From: Antechinus flavipes
Lineage: Eukaryota
Direction of reading: 5' to 3'
NCBI RefSeq assembly: GCF_016432865.1
Contig: NC_067401.1
Span: 102,672,001-102,736,000, forward strand
DNA: 64,000 nt
Made by a program: the position numbers and the translations under genes. Shown here piece by piece: positions 11,520 to 23,489 of the stretch. Below the pieces are notes generated by a model. It was not told the DNA's origin, did not search any database, and worked only from the letters and a program-made list of their open reading frames with translations. How positions within the stretch are numbered: position 1 is the stretch's first letter; each line of letters begins with the position of its first letter.

Positions 11520-12200
11520 CCCATTCTTCATTTTAAACTCTCAAAAAAGAAAAAAAGATTGCTTCACCTATAGGTGGCTATTGTGAGTTTTTAGTCCATG
11601 AAATTTCAGTCCTGCTCTTCTACCTACTCTTCCATTTATGTTCTGATTTCACTCTTGTCTCCTTGTGTCTTTTTAAAAATAAAACTCTTAATTGGCCCTT
11701 TGTTGTTATGGTGATATTGTTGTTTTTCATAATCCTATGCATGTCTAGTTTGAGTAATTTATTTGTTATTTATGCCTTCCTTGTTTGTTATATGTGTTTA
11801 TTTTTCTTATATTGCTAATGTCTGGAGTGTTTGTAGAGCTAACAAGATGCTTATGTTTGAGTTTCTTTCCTGGAATGAAAGTACTTTTTTATTAAAGATG
11901 ACTTTTTTCATTCATTAGACTCAGATTTGCAAGGTATGTAATGTTAGGCTCTATCTTAAACTGCTTAGCATTTTGGAATGTATTATTCCATTACCTCCTG
12001 TGTTTTCGGTAGGTGTTACATAATCTTGTGTTATTTGAATTTCCTTTTCTTTATATTTAAAAGTGTTTCTCCTAGTTACCTATAAAATTTTCATTTTATA
12101 GTCTTAAATATTTTTAAGCAAAGATGACATAATCAGAAATGTTTGGAATCTTGCCTGCTAAATATCATACAGGATGATTCCTTTTCTAGGTTGTCCTATA
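11520..12200 (-). mobile_element. L1/HAL1 ORF1 C-terminal fragment with spacer
   Basis: Minus strand encodes IQITQD...WNNTFQNAKQFKIEPNITYLANLS, matching the ORF1 RITQD...WN.IF..AK.L...PRITYPAKLS pattern. Confidence 0.7.
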
Positions 12201-12234
12201 ATTGCCCATTACCTATAAAGTAGCTGATTTGTAG

Positions 12235-12420
12235 GCCAGCATAGTAGCATGGAAAAGTTCCTGACGACAGAAGGCTTAGTTCAAAATCCAGTTCTACAAC
12301 TTACTATACATGTAACCTTGGGCAAGTAATGGCCTTTCTGGGCCTTTGTTTTCTCATCTTTAAAATGAGAGGATTGAACTAAATCTCTAAGGTTGCTTCC
12401 TGTTCTGACTCTGGTTCTGA
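12235..12420 (+). mobile_element. MIR3-type SINE
   Basis: 'gtaaccttgggcaagtaatggcctttctgggcctttgttttctcatctttaaaatgagaggattg'. Confidence 0.7.
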
Positions 12421-13499
12421 GTAATAAACCCATGTAACAATCCCAGCTAAATCCTGGGATAGGCTTGTAAGAAGGGTCTTAAGATATACTTTGGGAAATC
12501 AGAAGCTGCCTGTGCTACTCTATATAGTAATCATCTCCCTATTTGCTACCAGCAACCTGTTATTAAGTCAAAGTAATTTAATGAGAGAATGCAAAAATAA
12601 AAGTACAGCAAATTTAAATCTGGCAATGATTGACTCTGAGCTTTAGATTACACAGCTACCACCTTTATTTGATCACCAGCAACAATTCATGCAGGAAAAA
12701 ATGTATTTTTTTTTTCAAGACTTGATTTTTTTCTCCCTATCCTTTCCCCAGGGATAACTTCTAAGAATTAACTTTGCCCAGACCATTTGTCTCCCACATA
12801 ACCTCTTCCTCATTAGATGTCCATTGTAGTTTTTACTCTAACCTTGAATAGGAGTAAATTTGTTAGAAAAAAAATAAAAGCAAAGAAAATCTAAAAGAAA
12901 AAAAATCAACTGTGTTTCTCCCTTCCTCCATTGCTAATTGTAGTATTGCTATTTGTGATTTTCACTGTTCTTCACAATTTTGCCTTTTTTCAGAGAGAGT
13001 CAGGAATAGTAGTACAGAGCTCAGCAAATCAAGTATTTGATGGAAGAAAAGAGTAGTAGGGTTTTTTTGTGTGTGTGAAAGGGAGTAAGAATGATGAGAA
13101 CATGCACAATAAGAGATCTCTATTTTCCTTTTTAAGATGCCTCATACAGGACCCAGAAGAACTGGAGGACTTTCAAACTGTTTTCCTTCCCCTGAAGTGA
13201 ATAATTCCTTTTAATAGATAGCAGGCTAAGAGCCAGGGCAGAGATCAAGAGAAATAAAATTATAAAATAAGTACAATTTGGCCTTTGTTAAACCCTCCTT
13301 TTCCAATGACACACATTACAATTATTCTTTTTTTCATTTTTAGCAGGTATTTAGTGTCCTCATGCTTCCCCTTCACATCCCAAAGTGGCAACCAACTAGT
13401 CTGTCCTCTCCTAGAAACATTTTGTACTATGTATGTTTTTTTTTGTCCTCTCCCACAATGCTCACTTTTATTAGATCCCAACATCATGGAGCTTTTTGC

Positions 13500-13815
13500 T
13501 TCTTACTTTTAAATTTTTACTGATATTGTTTGCTTTTATATCACCTTCATTTCCAAACATATTTTCCACTTTCCCTTCCCAGACAGCAATTCTTCATAAC
13601 AAAAAATAAAAAGGAAAGGAAGGAAAACATTTCAGCAAAAAATAACCAAGAAGTCAATTAATTTTGATATTATATGCAGTTTTCATTTTCAAATATCTAT
13701 TATCTCTCATCTTCATTAAAAGGGAGAGAAGGACATTTTTTCTCATTTTCTTTAGGGTCAAACCTGATCATTTCACAAAAGTCAGTTCCTTATTTTCTCC
13801 TTTTACATTATTGTT
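13500..13815 (-). mobile_element. L1 3' UTR fragment
   Basis: T-rich end 'tttttactgatattgtttgcttttatatcacc...cccttcccagacagcaattcttcataac'. Confidence 0.65.
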
Positions 13816-13920
13816 TGTTGTTGTTCAATCATTTTGGTTGTATACAGTTCTTCATGAAACTGTTTGGGGTTTTCTTGGCAAAGATACTGAAGTGGTTTGC
13901 TATTTTCTTCTCTAGGTCAT
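13815..13920 (-). mobile_element. Mar1 3' tail fragment
   Basis: 'ttggggttttcttggcaaagatactgaagtggtttgctattttcttctc'. Confidence 0.8.
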
Positions 13921-13924
13921 TTTC

Positions 13925-14870
13925 TAATTTTTAATTTTTTACTTTCTTTTAATGTTTCTCATTGTCACTTTGGAGTCATAAGTTTCTATTTGATTCATTC
14001 TATTTTTCAAAGAATTTATTGCTTGGGTAAGATTTTGTACATCTTGTTCCAAGCTATTAATTCCCTTTGCAATTCCTTCTGTAGTTCTCATTTCTTTTCC
14101 ATTTTCCCCCTTTAATACTCTCATTTCATTTGTAAAAGACAAAAAAAAAACTTTTTACTTTTTCTTTTCCTAACCTCTTACTTCATCTCTTTCAGAAATT
14201 TTTGTTGGGTTTATTCTTGAGTTGTATTTTTCTTTTAGATTTTGTTTGTTCAGTTCTTGGAAGCCTTGTCTTCTAGATTTGTATCTTGAGCATCCCTATG
14301 ACCAAAATAAGATTTTTATGGTGGGATTTTTTTTGTTGTTGTTCATTTTTCCAGCCTACGTAATAACTTTATTTTAGAGCCAGGCTGTGGAGGTTTCAGG
14401 AAATAATGTTATGAGTAGATCCTGTTTTTGTTTTCTTGGAATGTTGAGTGTCATGTCAATACAGAATGTTAATGCCATCTCAGCTAAAGGAACTGCAAGC
14501 TTTCTTTATTCCCAAAGTATCTGATCCAGGATAAAGTCAGATTTATACCTTTCTAGTTTGATTTCTACAAGTTTTTAACCTGGATTTGGGTCTAGACAAT
14601 AAGTCTGTGGTCTTGTCCTATTTGAAATTCCATTAGACTGCTACTAGATTTGGCTACTCAGTGAACTGGAAAGTTCTGCTGGCTCTATGTCAGAACTGCA
14701 AGTTCTTCTTTGGTATGAGATTCTTGCTCTAATTATTCCACTGCAACTTTCAGATAAGCAGGAAACTTGAAATGACATTCTGATCGATTCTGAGGATCCA
14801 ACCCATGTATCTAATGCTTGAATTTGACCTTGATCTTTGTCTAGCTCATTTTATAGATAAAACAGTATTA
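13925..14870 (-). mobile_element. L1/HAL1 5' region and ORF1 coiled coil
   Basis: ORF 13939-14142 'INSLEQDVQNLTQAINSLKNRMNQIE' heptad pattern of ORF1p; 14380-14870 resembles 51400-51900. Confidence 0.75.
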
Positions 14871-15226
14871 GGTGACAACATATACATCATACATCTAATA
14901 AATGTCTGAGGTCACATTTGAATTCAGATCTTCCTGACTCAAGGAAGCCCCGTCCTCTATCTACTGCACTGCCAAGCTGCCCTTATGTTACTGAAAACAA
15001 TGACAATATTGTTTTCAAATTCTTTTTACTTCTCTTTGAATCAGTTAATGTCTTTTGATTTCTGTGTATTTTTAAACCCATAAAAATTATGGGTATTAAA
15101 GCAGAGTCGTATTACCTCATATTTTTGAGTCAAGATTTGTTAGTTATTCCCTAGTCAATGGACATCTAAGTTATTTCCAGTTCTTTGCTACCACAAAAAA
15201 ATTTCCTATAAATATTTTCATATATA

Positions 15227-15646
15227 TGTTGTGTCCTGCTTTTTAGACCCCCAAGTTGGGGTGACAAAATGTATCTTTGCTTTCAGAGCCCCCACATTGG
15301 GTGATTAAAATATACCTTCCTAGTGGAGAAGTGATAAAGTAAGACTCCTGAGGATGGTAGGAAAAGGGAGTCCATTTATTCCAAGGTTTTCCCCCTTTAT
15401 ATAATGTAACAAAAAAACACTGAGCATGTGGGACTACATAAACAACTTGCTATTATACGTAGTTTGTCACTTGTTATCACTCTGCCTCAATCTCCACACA
15501 GGTTGTTAATTCTCCCTGACTTCTCAGGAAGGCTGAGAGCCCTTATGGGAGATGGGGAGCCGAACCAGATATTGTTAGCAGGGTCCCTCTTCGCTGAGGG
15601 TCTTATATCTCACCCAGAGTTTCCCCACTGACTGTGACCCTCTACA
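15227..15646 (-). mobile_element. 3' LTR of betaretrovirus-like ERV (ERV2)
   Basis: Minus strand starts TGTAGAGGG at 15646 directly after PPT 'aaaagaaagggtgaga'; TATATAAA at 15403-15396; AATAAA at 15380-15375; ends ...CAACA at 15227. Confidence 0.85.
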
Positions 15647-15648
15647 TC

Positions 15649-15852
15649 TCACCCTTTCTTTTGTTTTAATTGAAGCAGGTATATACCAGTGGTTAAATCC
15701 GTTACCATGGGAGGAATCATACAGGCAAGTTGTGATATCATACAAGCAAATAGTAACATAACAAACAATATGAATAAACAAAATACTATAAAGATTTCCA
15801 TGCGTCCCAGAAGGAAGATGTAAAAATTAGTTATCAATTCACAACCACACAT
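15649..15852 (-). pseudogene. env: ERV2 env TM remnant
   Basis: Hydrophobic stretch FIVFCLFILFVMLLFACMI ending LQLKQKKG over the PPT, as betaretroviral TM tails do. Confidence 0.6.
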
Positions 15853-16099
15853 ACACCTGCTTCAGCAGCCAAGAAATAGTCCAAAAGCAATTTATTGTCC
15901 ATCACTTCATGTGTCAGGGAATCCAATGATTCCTGCATGTTTTGAAGTCCTCCATCAGTCTTATTGAAAATTATTTTTGATGTTCATGAGTACACAAAAG
16001 GTTAACTGCCAGGCTCTTTCAGTGATGGGCACAGTCAGCAATGGAACCAATGGATGCCTCCCTGGTCCTCTTTTGCCCCAAGGAAACTCTCCCTTTCTG

Positions 16100-16420
16100 T
16101 CTCTCTCTGATGGACAAGTCGACCATCAGATTCCTTCTCCATCTGTTGAGATACAAGCAAACTCTCTCCCCGAAGCAGTTAACCTGTCTGGTCCCTTCCA
16201 TTCCCCACTTTCTGGATCTCTCCACATCACCTGGCGACCACCTAAAGATAGTGGGGCTGCTTGCATTGAACACTGCCCTTCCAGTGGGTTATAAAACCTG
16301 TCTGCCGGAGGCAGTGCATCTCCATCAAAAAAAAATTAATACATAAAGTTAAATTAGAAATTCTCTAGGGTTATCTGTGGCTCCCTCTCTCTTTTATTTT
16401 TGGAGGAGAGTCTTGATCCT
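16100..16420 (-). pseudogene. pol: ERV2 integrase C-terminal remnant
   Basis: Translates QVMWRDPESGEWKGPDRLTASGREFACISTDGEGI*W, matching betaretroviral IN 'VMWKDP..G.WKGPD.L...GRG.ACV'. Confidence 0.85.
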
Positions 16421-16469
16421 GGATTCTGTTGTTGGGAGTCAAAATCTAGATAAATATCATCAAATTGCA

Positions 16470-16810
16470 TTTCAGGAGTGTATCAGTAGGCCTGAATTTT
16501 TTCCCTGATTAAGGAACACTGTTCCAACCACACTGGTGTATTAATTTTTCATTGAATGGAAACAGGTAAGAGTGCAGGTAGGCCTTCTACAGCAGCCCTG
16601 CCTAAAAAGCCAAAGTACTTAAGTGTTTCCTAACTGTTGTAAGATGTCTCTTCCCCATGGATTGATGGGAATCCTTTTCTTTTTTTACACTAAAAAAGGA
16701 GCAAAATCCCCTGCTCCATCCTCAAACCTCTACACCAAAGGGGTAGCAACAAGTTCAACTGCTGGTGCTGATGGTGTCACTGCCCCTCCCACTCCCACAT
16801 GAAGGCAGAA
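16470..16810 (-). pseudogene. pro: ERV2 protease C-terminus and RT N-terminus
   Basis: IPINPWGRDILQQLG (protease C-term, about 16672-16627) then FLGRAAVEGLPALLPVSIQ*KINTPVWLEQCSLIREKIQA (betaretroviral RT start PVWV.QWPL..EKLQA). Confidence 0.8.
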
Positions 16811-16999
16811 TTGAGGGAGGAGGGTCAGGAGATGGGGAATACTCTAAGGTCATATGCTCAGTTGTAGGCAGAATTGAAACCAAACTTTGAAAGTGAAAAG
16901 CATGCTCCTCAGCAAGGTACTTGAGGTACATGATTCCCTTTCTGCCTAAAAGGCAATAGTACTTAAGATATATGGGACCTTTTTTCTTTATCTTCTTTC

Positions 17000-17006
17000 T
17001 TTCTTG

Positions 17007-17048
<42 letters not shown>
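17000..17048. repeat. (CT)n microsatellite
   Basis: Direct ct iterations. Confidence 0.95.
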
Positions 17049-17050
<2 letters not shown>

Positions 17051-17559
17051 CATTAACCAAGTAAGTACTTAGTAATAGGCTCTTTGCATCAAAGGCTGAT
17101 GCTTAGTCACTTTCTTTAATAACTCAAAATTGCTTTCCAGAACAATCAGATCAATTCACAGTCTATTAGTATGTCTGCTTTTCTATAGCCACTCCAACAT
17201 TGATTATTCCCATCTTTCATTATTTTGCCAATTTGTTGGGTGTGTTTCTACTTTTAAAAATATAGCTTAATCCATGTTAATGTGTTACTGAAAATTAATA
17301 GTCATGTGTCATAATTATTTGCCGCCAAGTAACACAGCTGTCTTTTAACAGAGGATCTCTGAAAATAATGGCTTAATCCAAAGGAATGATTCTTAAAGAT
17401 GGGAATTTTAGGTCTGTGGGAAGCCTATGGGAGAGAAGCCAGGAATATGGCCAGAATGAGTAAAGGAATAGAATTAGTGAAATGGATCAGTATTATGGCG
17501 AGGGAAAATACTTAGCAACTGAAAAGTTACACCAACACTATGAATTTATGAGAGTGAAG

Positions 17560-19050
17560 TGAAAGTGGAAAGAAATAAGAAATGTTGAAGTCTATTGATT
17601 AATTTTTGTGAAAGTTTACAGCAGATACATTTCTGGAGTGATAACTAAGACATTAGATGATAGATTTAAGATTTAAAGAGATCTTGACAGGCTAGAACAT
17701 TGGCCTGACTCTAATATGAACTTTATTCAGAATAAATATAAATGTTTATGCTTAAATTAAAAACAATCAAATGGAAGGGGTATAACTAGACAAGAGATCA
17801 ATAGTGTGATATGGCAGGAAAAAAGTGACTAATAAAGTTTTAGTCCACATAAGAAAGACCTAGCTGGGAAGTGATATTCCCACTATGTCCTACCCTGATC
17901 AGACCATATATTGGATATTATATTCAGTAAGTTCTGAATAGCACATTTTAGGGAAAATATATATAAGCTGGAGAGCAAGTATCACCTACTCTGGTGAGCA
18001 ATTAGAATGTTGAAGAGCCCTGAGTTCATACCATATGAAATTCATTTGAAGGAACACAGCATATTCAACTAGGAAAAGAAAAGACTGAAGGGCATTAGAG
18101 GGGAGAAGATTTGAGATAATGTCTTCAAGTGTCTGAAGAGCTCTCATATTTAAGAAGGATTGTATTTCTTTTCTAATTCTAAATCTCTGATCTTGAGAAC
18201 TAGGAGCAATGATTAGAAGCAAATTTAGACTTGGTAAAAAAAAATCCAAATATTTAGACCTATCCAAGACTACTGTGGATGGTAGTAAGTTCCTCCTTAA
18301 GTCTTAAAGCTAAAGTTGAATGGCTACTTCTTTAGTGTTTGATAGAAAATATTCTTCTTCAGAACCGAATTTACCTAAATTGCCTTTCAGGTTCTTTTCA
18401 ATTCTCAATTTGTAAAATCCCATGATCTGTCTTTAGTCCTTTTTGTGTTCAACATTTTCATTAGTAAAGGTATAAGATAGCTTGCTTGTCCAATCTTCAG
18501 AGTATGTAAGGCTGTTAAGAGTAGCTATGTATTGTATGGCTTAATCAAGAACCTTTTTAAAGCTAGAATTTTGAGATGAATTGCCTAAGATAAAAATTTA
18601 ATAAGTATAAGTGTAAAGTTCCTCACTTGGTATCAACAAATCAATTTTACACATACAAGATGAGTCTGACATGGTTACACAACATTTCCTGTGGGGGGAA
18701 AAATATGGTCATTTCAATGAATTTCAAATTCAGTATGAATCAGTATGTTTTGGGGTGTGGTTCAAAAGTCTATGATCCTTGCTACTTCAGGGCTAAAGTC
18801 CATTTAGTATAATCATATTAAATCCCATGGCAATATGGTAGATTCCCAGGTTAAAGGGTATACGAAACTCCCTAAAAAGGGGTAAACTGGCCCAGAGTAG
18901 AACAAGGAAGGGTTTTATGTTATTTAATAATGGAATCAGACCATGAGTGGCCAAGGTATACAATTTTTTAAAAAAAGTCAGTGGTATGATTTGGCAGCCA
19001 AAAGAGATAATAAGATTCTAGACTATAGAAGGGTATTACCCTTTTTAGAT
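17560..19050 (+). mobile_element. L3/CR1 LINE fragments (RT to 3' end)
   Basis: 'gatcttgacaggctagaacattgg', 'ctaccctgatcagaccatatattgg', 'ataatgtcttcaagtgtctgaag' and terminal 'ttctttcaattctcaatt'; second piece about 18560-19050. Confidence 0.7.
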
Positions 19051-20269
19051 CTCAGAAAACTATAGGTCTTGAGGGGAAATTAAAGAAAGAAGAGAATATG
19101 AGAGAGATCCTTTTGGATGTAAAAGAAGATTTTCACTCTTCAGTGGGGATTTAGGACTTTAAGTAATTCATTATATAAGGAAAGATCCAGTATATCCTGA
19201 ACTTACCCCTAAGGCACAAACTGTCTCAAAAACTTTTTCCCCAGGAATTTGGGAAACATACTGAATAGTTACCATATTTTAAAGTGAGATCTCTCATTGA
19301 GGAGTTCATCTTTGAACCAGGATTATCTAACAGGAGAGACTATACCTCTCTTGCCATCTGCTTTGGAAATGACAAATCTCAGAGCTAAGTTCCTGAGGGA
19401 AAAGAACTTGTCAAGCTTTCTGGTAATCCTTGGCTGAGTCACTGACCTTTCTGAAGGGGCACAATAGCACCAGCTGAGCCTAAGATTGGAGGTGATGGAA
19501 ACTATAGTTTCCCTTTGGAGACAAGAGCAGAGAGTCCAGCAAATTGACCTCTCTAGCATAAATACCACTGGCTACAGAGAGTCAGACCACCAGCCAATAG
19601 ACCTTCCTGGACCAACCTGGCAGTGAATTAATCCATTCAGTAGAGATTCTGTGCCTGGAGAGGAGCAAGTCTGGCTGATCTACCCATCCAGATGCGATGC
19701 TGTGCCCCTATAGTAAGTCTAACAATGGAGTGCCTGTCCCTTCATTAATATTGGGACAATACTGATGTACTGCACTTCAGTAAATTTCAGGAACATTTTC
19801 TGAAAAGACACNNNNNNNNNNNNNNNNNNNNNNNNNNNNNNNNNNNNNNNNNNNNNNNNNNNNNNNNNNNNNNNNNNNNNNNNNNNNNNNNNNNNNNNNN
19901 NNNNNNNNNNNNNNNNNNNNNNNNNNNNNNNNNNNNNNNNNNNNNNNNNNNNNNNNNNNNNNNNNNNNNNNNNNNNNNNNNNNNNNNNNNNNNNNNNNNN
20001 NNNNNNNNNNNNNNNNNNNNNNNNNNNNNNNNNNNNNNNNNNNNNNNNNNNNNNNNNNNNNNNNNNNNNNNNNNNNNNNNNNNNNNNNNNNNNNNNNNNN
20101 NNNNNNNNNNNNNNNNNNNNNNNNNNNNNNNNNNNNNNNNNNNNNNNNNNNNNNNNNNNNNNNNNNNNNNNNNNNNNNNNNNNNNNNNNNNNNNNNNNNN
20201 NNNNNNNNTGAGAAGAGGGGAAAGGAGGGAGGGATAGAGAGGAAAATGGAGAGAAAAGATGGAGGAACT

Positions 20270-20480
20270 ATAATTCTGAAGCCGAACTTAGGAGTGGTCT
20301 TGTCTTAGCTAAAATACTCCCTTATACATGTGCCTCACTGCTGTCTTACCTTAAATTTGTGCTCACTCTTCCCATACATTCTTGTGCATTTATTGGAGAT
20401 TATGTCCTATGTTTTGTTGGAGAATGTTTTGTAATTTCTGTTCTTACTATGCCATTTAAATAAATACCTTTTCTAAGAAC
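20270..20480 (+). mobile_element. Probable LTR 3' half next to a gap
   Basis: 'gccatttaaataaatacctttt' poly(A) signal context typical of LTR R/U5; 5' part lost in gap. Confidence 0.4.
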
Positions 20481-20489
20481 TAACTGAGA

Positions 20490-20590
20490 GCTTTTTTCAA
20501 TTGTTTTTCAGTTTTATTTGACTCTTCATGATCCTATTTGGAGTTTTCTTGGCAAAGATACTAGAATGGTTTGCCATTTCCTTCTCCATA
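20490..20590 (-). mobile_element. Mar1 3' tail fragment
   Basis: 'ttggagttttcttggcaaagatactagaatggtttgccatttccttctcc'. Confidence 0.8.
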
Positions 20591-20869
20591 ATTGAGACTA
20601 ATTGATTGTTAATGGAAAGCACATTGGTGGAGGCTCATAAGCCATAGAGTTAGCATCTAAAGTAGCAGTTACTCCTATGGGAACCCAACTTTTAAATGTG
20701 AGTGTAGGTTTGGGGAGTGATGCAAAAGGGTTGCTATAGCTATATTATAACAAATACAATTCAAAAATCAGGAAAGTGATAATCCTACTATTCTTTCTCT
20801 CAACCCATCTAACTGTATTTAGAGAATAATATTCATTTTTGGGAATTCATTTTAGGAAACAGCTAAAGA

Positions 20870-21285
20870 AAGGAGGATAGTGAGAAGACTAAAGAATGTA
20901 TTAGGTGAAAGCTGATGAAGGACCTGGAAATGTTTAGCCCAGTGAAGACTCAAAGGTATGATAGCTGTCTTTAGACATTTAGAGGGCTGTAAAGAAGGAG
21001 TAGGCTTTTTCTGCTTGGTTTCAAAAGACAGAACTAGGTGCAAAAGACAAAAATCATAGAAAAATAAGTTTAGGTTATATATATGAAAAAAAATACTAAA
21101 TTTTAGAGCCATACCTAGGTAAAATGTGCTTCCTTGAAGATAGTCCATTCTATCTCACTAGAGATTGATAAAACAAAGACTAGGCAATCAATTGTTTGAA
21201 ATTTCCTAGAAGAGATAATTTATCAAGAATGAACTGGGATAGGTGACTTCTAAGGCCCTTCTAGATCTTAGATTTTGTGATTTAG
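20870..21285 (+). mobile_element. L3/CR1 3' end
   Basis: 'atgatagctgtctttagacatttagagggctg' to 'aaggcccttctagatcttagattttgtgatt'. Confidence 0.75.
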
Positions 21286-21974
21286 TCTGCTGTTCATTAG
21301 CATTATAGACAAATCAAAGGCATCTTAATCTATCTTATACAATCTTTACATAAATGGCTTCTGTAACAAGCCAGATGTGATTATCCAAGTTTTTCTTATA
21401 AACTTCCTGCACTGAGACAGTTCATATCATTGTTGGGCCAATTTAATTGTTAGGCTATTTCAGAAACCCAGGGAGATTTTTATAACAGAGGAGACCCAAA
21501 CTAGTCAGCTTGCTTTGTTAACAGCTTAGTAGAAGTTGGTGGATCAGAGGGTGGGGGTTTGGGGAAAGTGATGTTAAGAAAGCTGAAGCTTTTGCCTAAA
21601 ATGAAATTTTTGGATTATTTGTGAATAATATTATCCAATCCACTTATAATAAACAATTAATCCACTTATCCAAGCTATTTCTATCCTCTATTTTGCCTAG
21701 CCCCTATCATTCCTCAGGTTAGCAAGGTTCCAAAATTTGAAACCCAAAATCAGAGTCTAATTTAAATCCTTCATAAAATCCTACTTTAACACTTGACATG
21801 GATATAAATATGGATTCTTGAAGGCTAGAGAATTACATCCCAAGCTGTGGCAGGTCCCACTATATTGAAAAGGTTTCAGTTGCAATCTTAACAACAGACT
21901 ATGCCTACTGGACATTTGGTGATAAATTCTTTAGATCATCAGTTCCCAATATATGATCTAGATATCACTGTAGG

Positions 21975-22155
21975 ACCCCCAAGATATTTTTAGAAGATTC
22001 ACAAGATCAAATCTATTTTCATAATAATGCTGAGATGTTTTAATTTCTAATATTAGGATCAACAGATAACTAAAATAAACAAAAGTTCTTTATTATCTTC
22101 AGTAATTTTAAGTCTAACAGGATCCTGAGACTAGAACTTTTGAGAACCATTGCTT
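21975..22155. mobile_element. hAT-Charlie type MITE fragment
   Basis: Terminal 'ggatcctgagactagaacttttgagaaccattg' resembles the Charlie/MER5-type TIR. Confidence 0.6.
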
Positions 22156-22329
22156 TTGTCATAACAATTCATGAAGCAAAAAACAAAAAGGTCCTGAATT
22201 CTGAGATGACTCTTTTCATTCTGAGTAAGATGGCAGAAAATAAGGCTGAGTAGTTACAGGAAGTCTATGGTTTCTATATTGCTTAGAAACTTAGCTTTTA
22301 GTGCTCTAATCTAGTGACCACTAAGTATA

Positions 22330-23480
22330 CATCCACATCAATTACAACAGTTTCCCAAGGAATTTTGACTAACATAAATTGTCATAATTAAGAAAACAAA
22401 ATAGCCTAGAAACCTGTTCATCCAGAAAACTCTTGATCTCCTTGCCAAAACAATGACAATAGCAGTTAATAATAACAGTTTGAAAAATCTTACAGAGAAG
22501 GATGATGGAAGACTTGAACAATAATACCCCATAATAGTGAGAAACAAGAAGGAAAAAGAAATATAAGGAAAGATTGGCAAGAGACCCAACTAAACAAAGT
22601 CACCCTGAGGGCATTTAGAGATGGACCTAGAAGGAGAAAAACAAACAGATAAAAATTGGAAAAGAGCTATAAAGGTTTTTTTTAATAACATTCTTTTCAC
22701 TATCAAAAGAAAGAGTCACCACACTTGGAATTTAACATCACAGTCAATGTGTTTATGGAGGAAGTAGAAATAACTCTGAAACAAAGAAAGATGGGAAAAG
22801 CTATTGTAATAGGCAAAGCATACACAGAAGTAGTCTTGGCTGAAGGCAGTACAATTCTCAGCACATTGAGGGATGGATTCTCAAGGTATTTGAAATAGGA
22901 TAAGCTAACAAAGCATGAAAAATTCTTAAGCCTAAACTAACTCTCCCCTCTCAAAAAATTAAAAGATGAAAAGGAGAATATCACTAAATTGTGTCCCATC
23001 TTGGGAAAAGTTTTATGTGTCTCCCATTGATAGGTCAACAATCATATATATGTCCTTAAGAAATGTAACAACAAAGATAACTTTGCTCAAAGACCCACTG
23101 ATTATTAATGTCAAATGAAGCATAAAACTGGAAAATGTACACTTGCCAAGAGCATTTACTACTCTCACAGAAGAATTTCAGTGTAGAATCCAAATTGAAA
23201 GAGGATTGTATATAGATTATGGGGTTCTTCAGATGGTCTTATTTGTAAATGACAAACTATGCTGCTTGCATAAAGCTCCAGAACATTGTAGAACCTCCTA
23301 AATGAGGTGCAAAATCCTTCAAAAGAATTCAACCTAACTAGTCACAGAGGAAAATCTAATTAAGAATGCCTATTCTTCAAATTATATTATGAAGCTGAAT
23401 GGATAACCTATAGAGCTTATATACAGTCTTGAGTATACTTTGCAAATCTATAATGAGCAAAGAAAAGACTTAGCTACATA
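22330..23480 (+). mobile_element. RTE-clade LINE, decayed RT region
   Basis: EEVEITLKQRKMGKA...TILSTLRDGFSRYLK (about 22760-22900) and LQMVLFVND (degenerate FADD, about 23230-23255). Confidence 0.7.
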
Positions 23481-23489
23481 ATGAGAAGA

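Larger units (their letters stand above)
15100..17270 (-). mobile_element. Old L1 (distal ORF2) split by the ERV2 remnant; L1 pieces about 15100-15226 and 16967-17270
   Basis: Joining flanks gives 'ctataaatattttcatatatatgggacctttttt', collinear with in-window L1 copies at 26770-26830 and 37500-37560. Confidence 0.7.
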
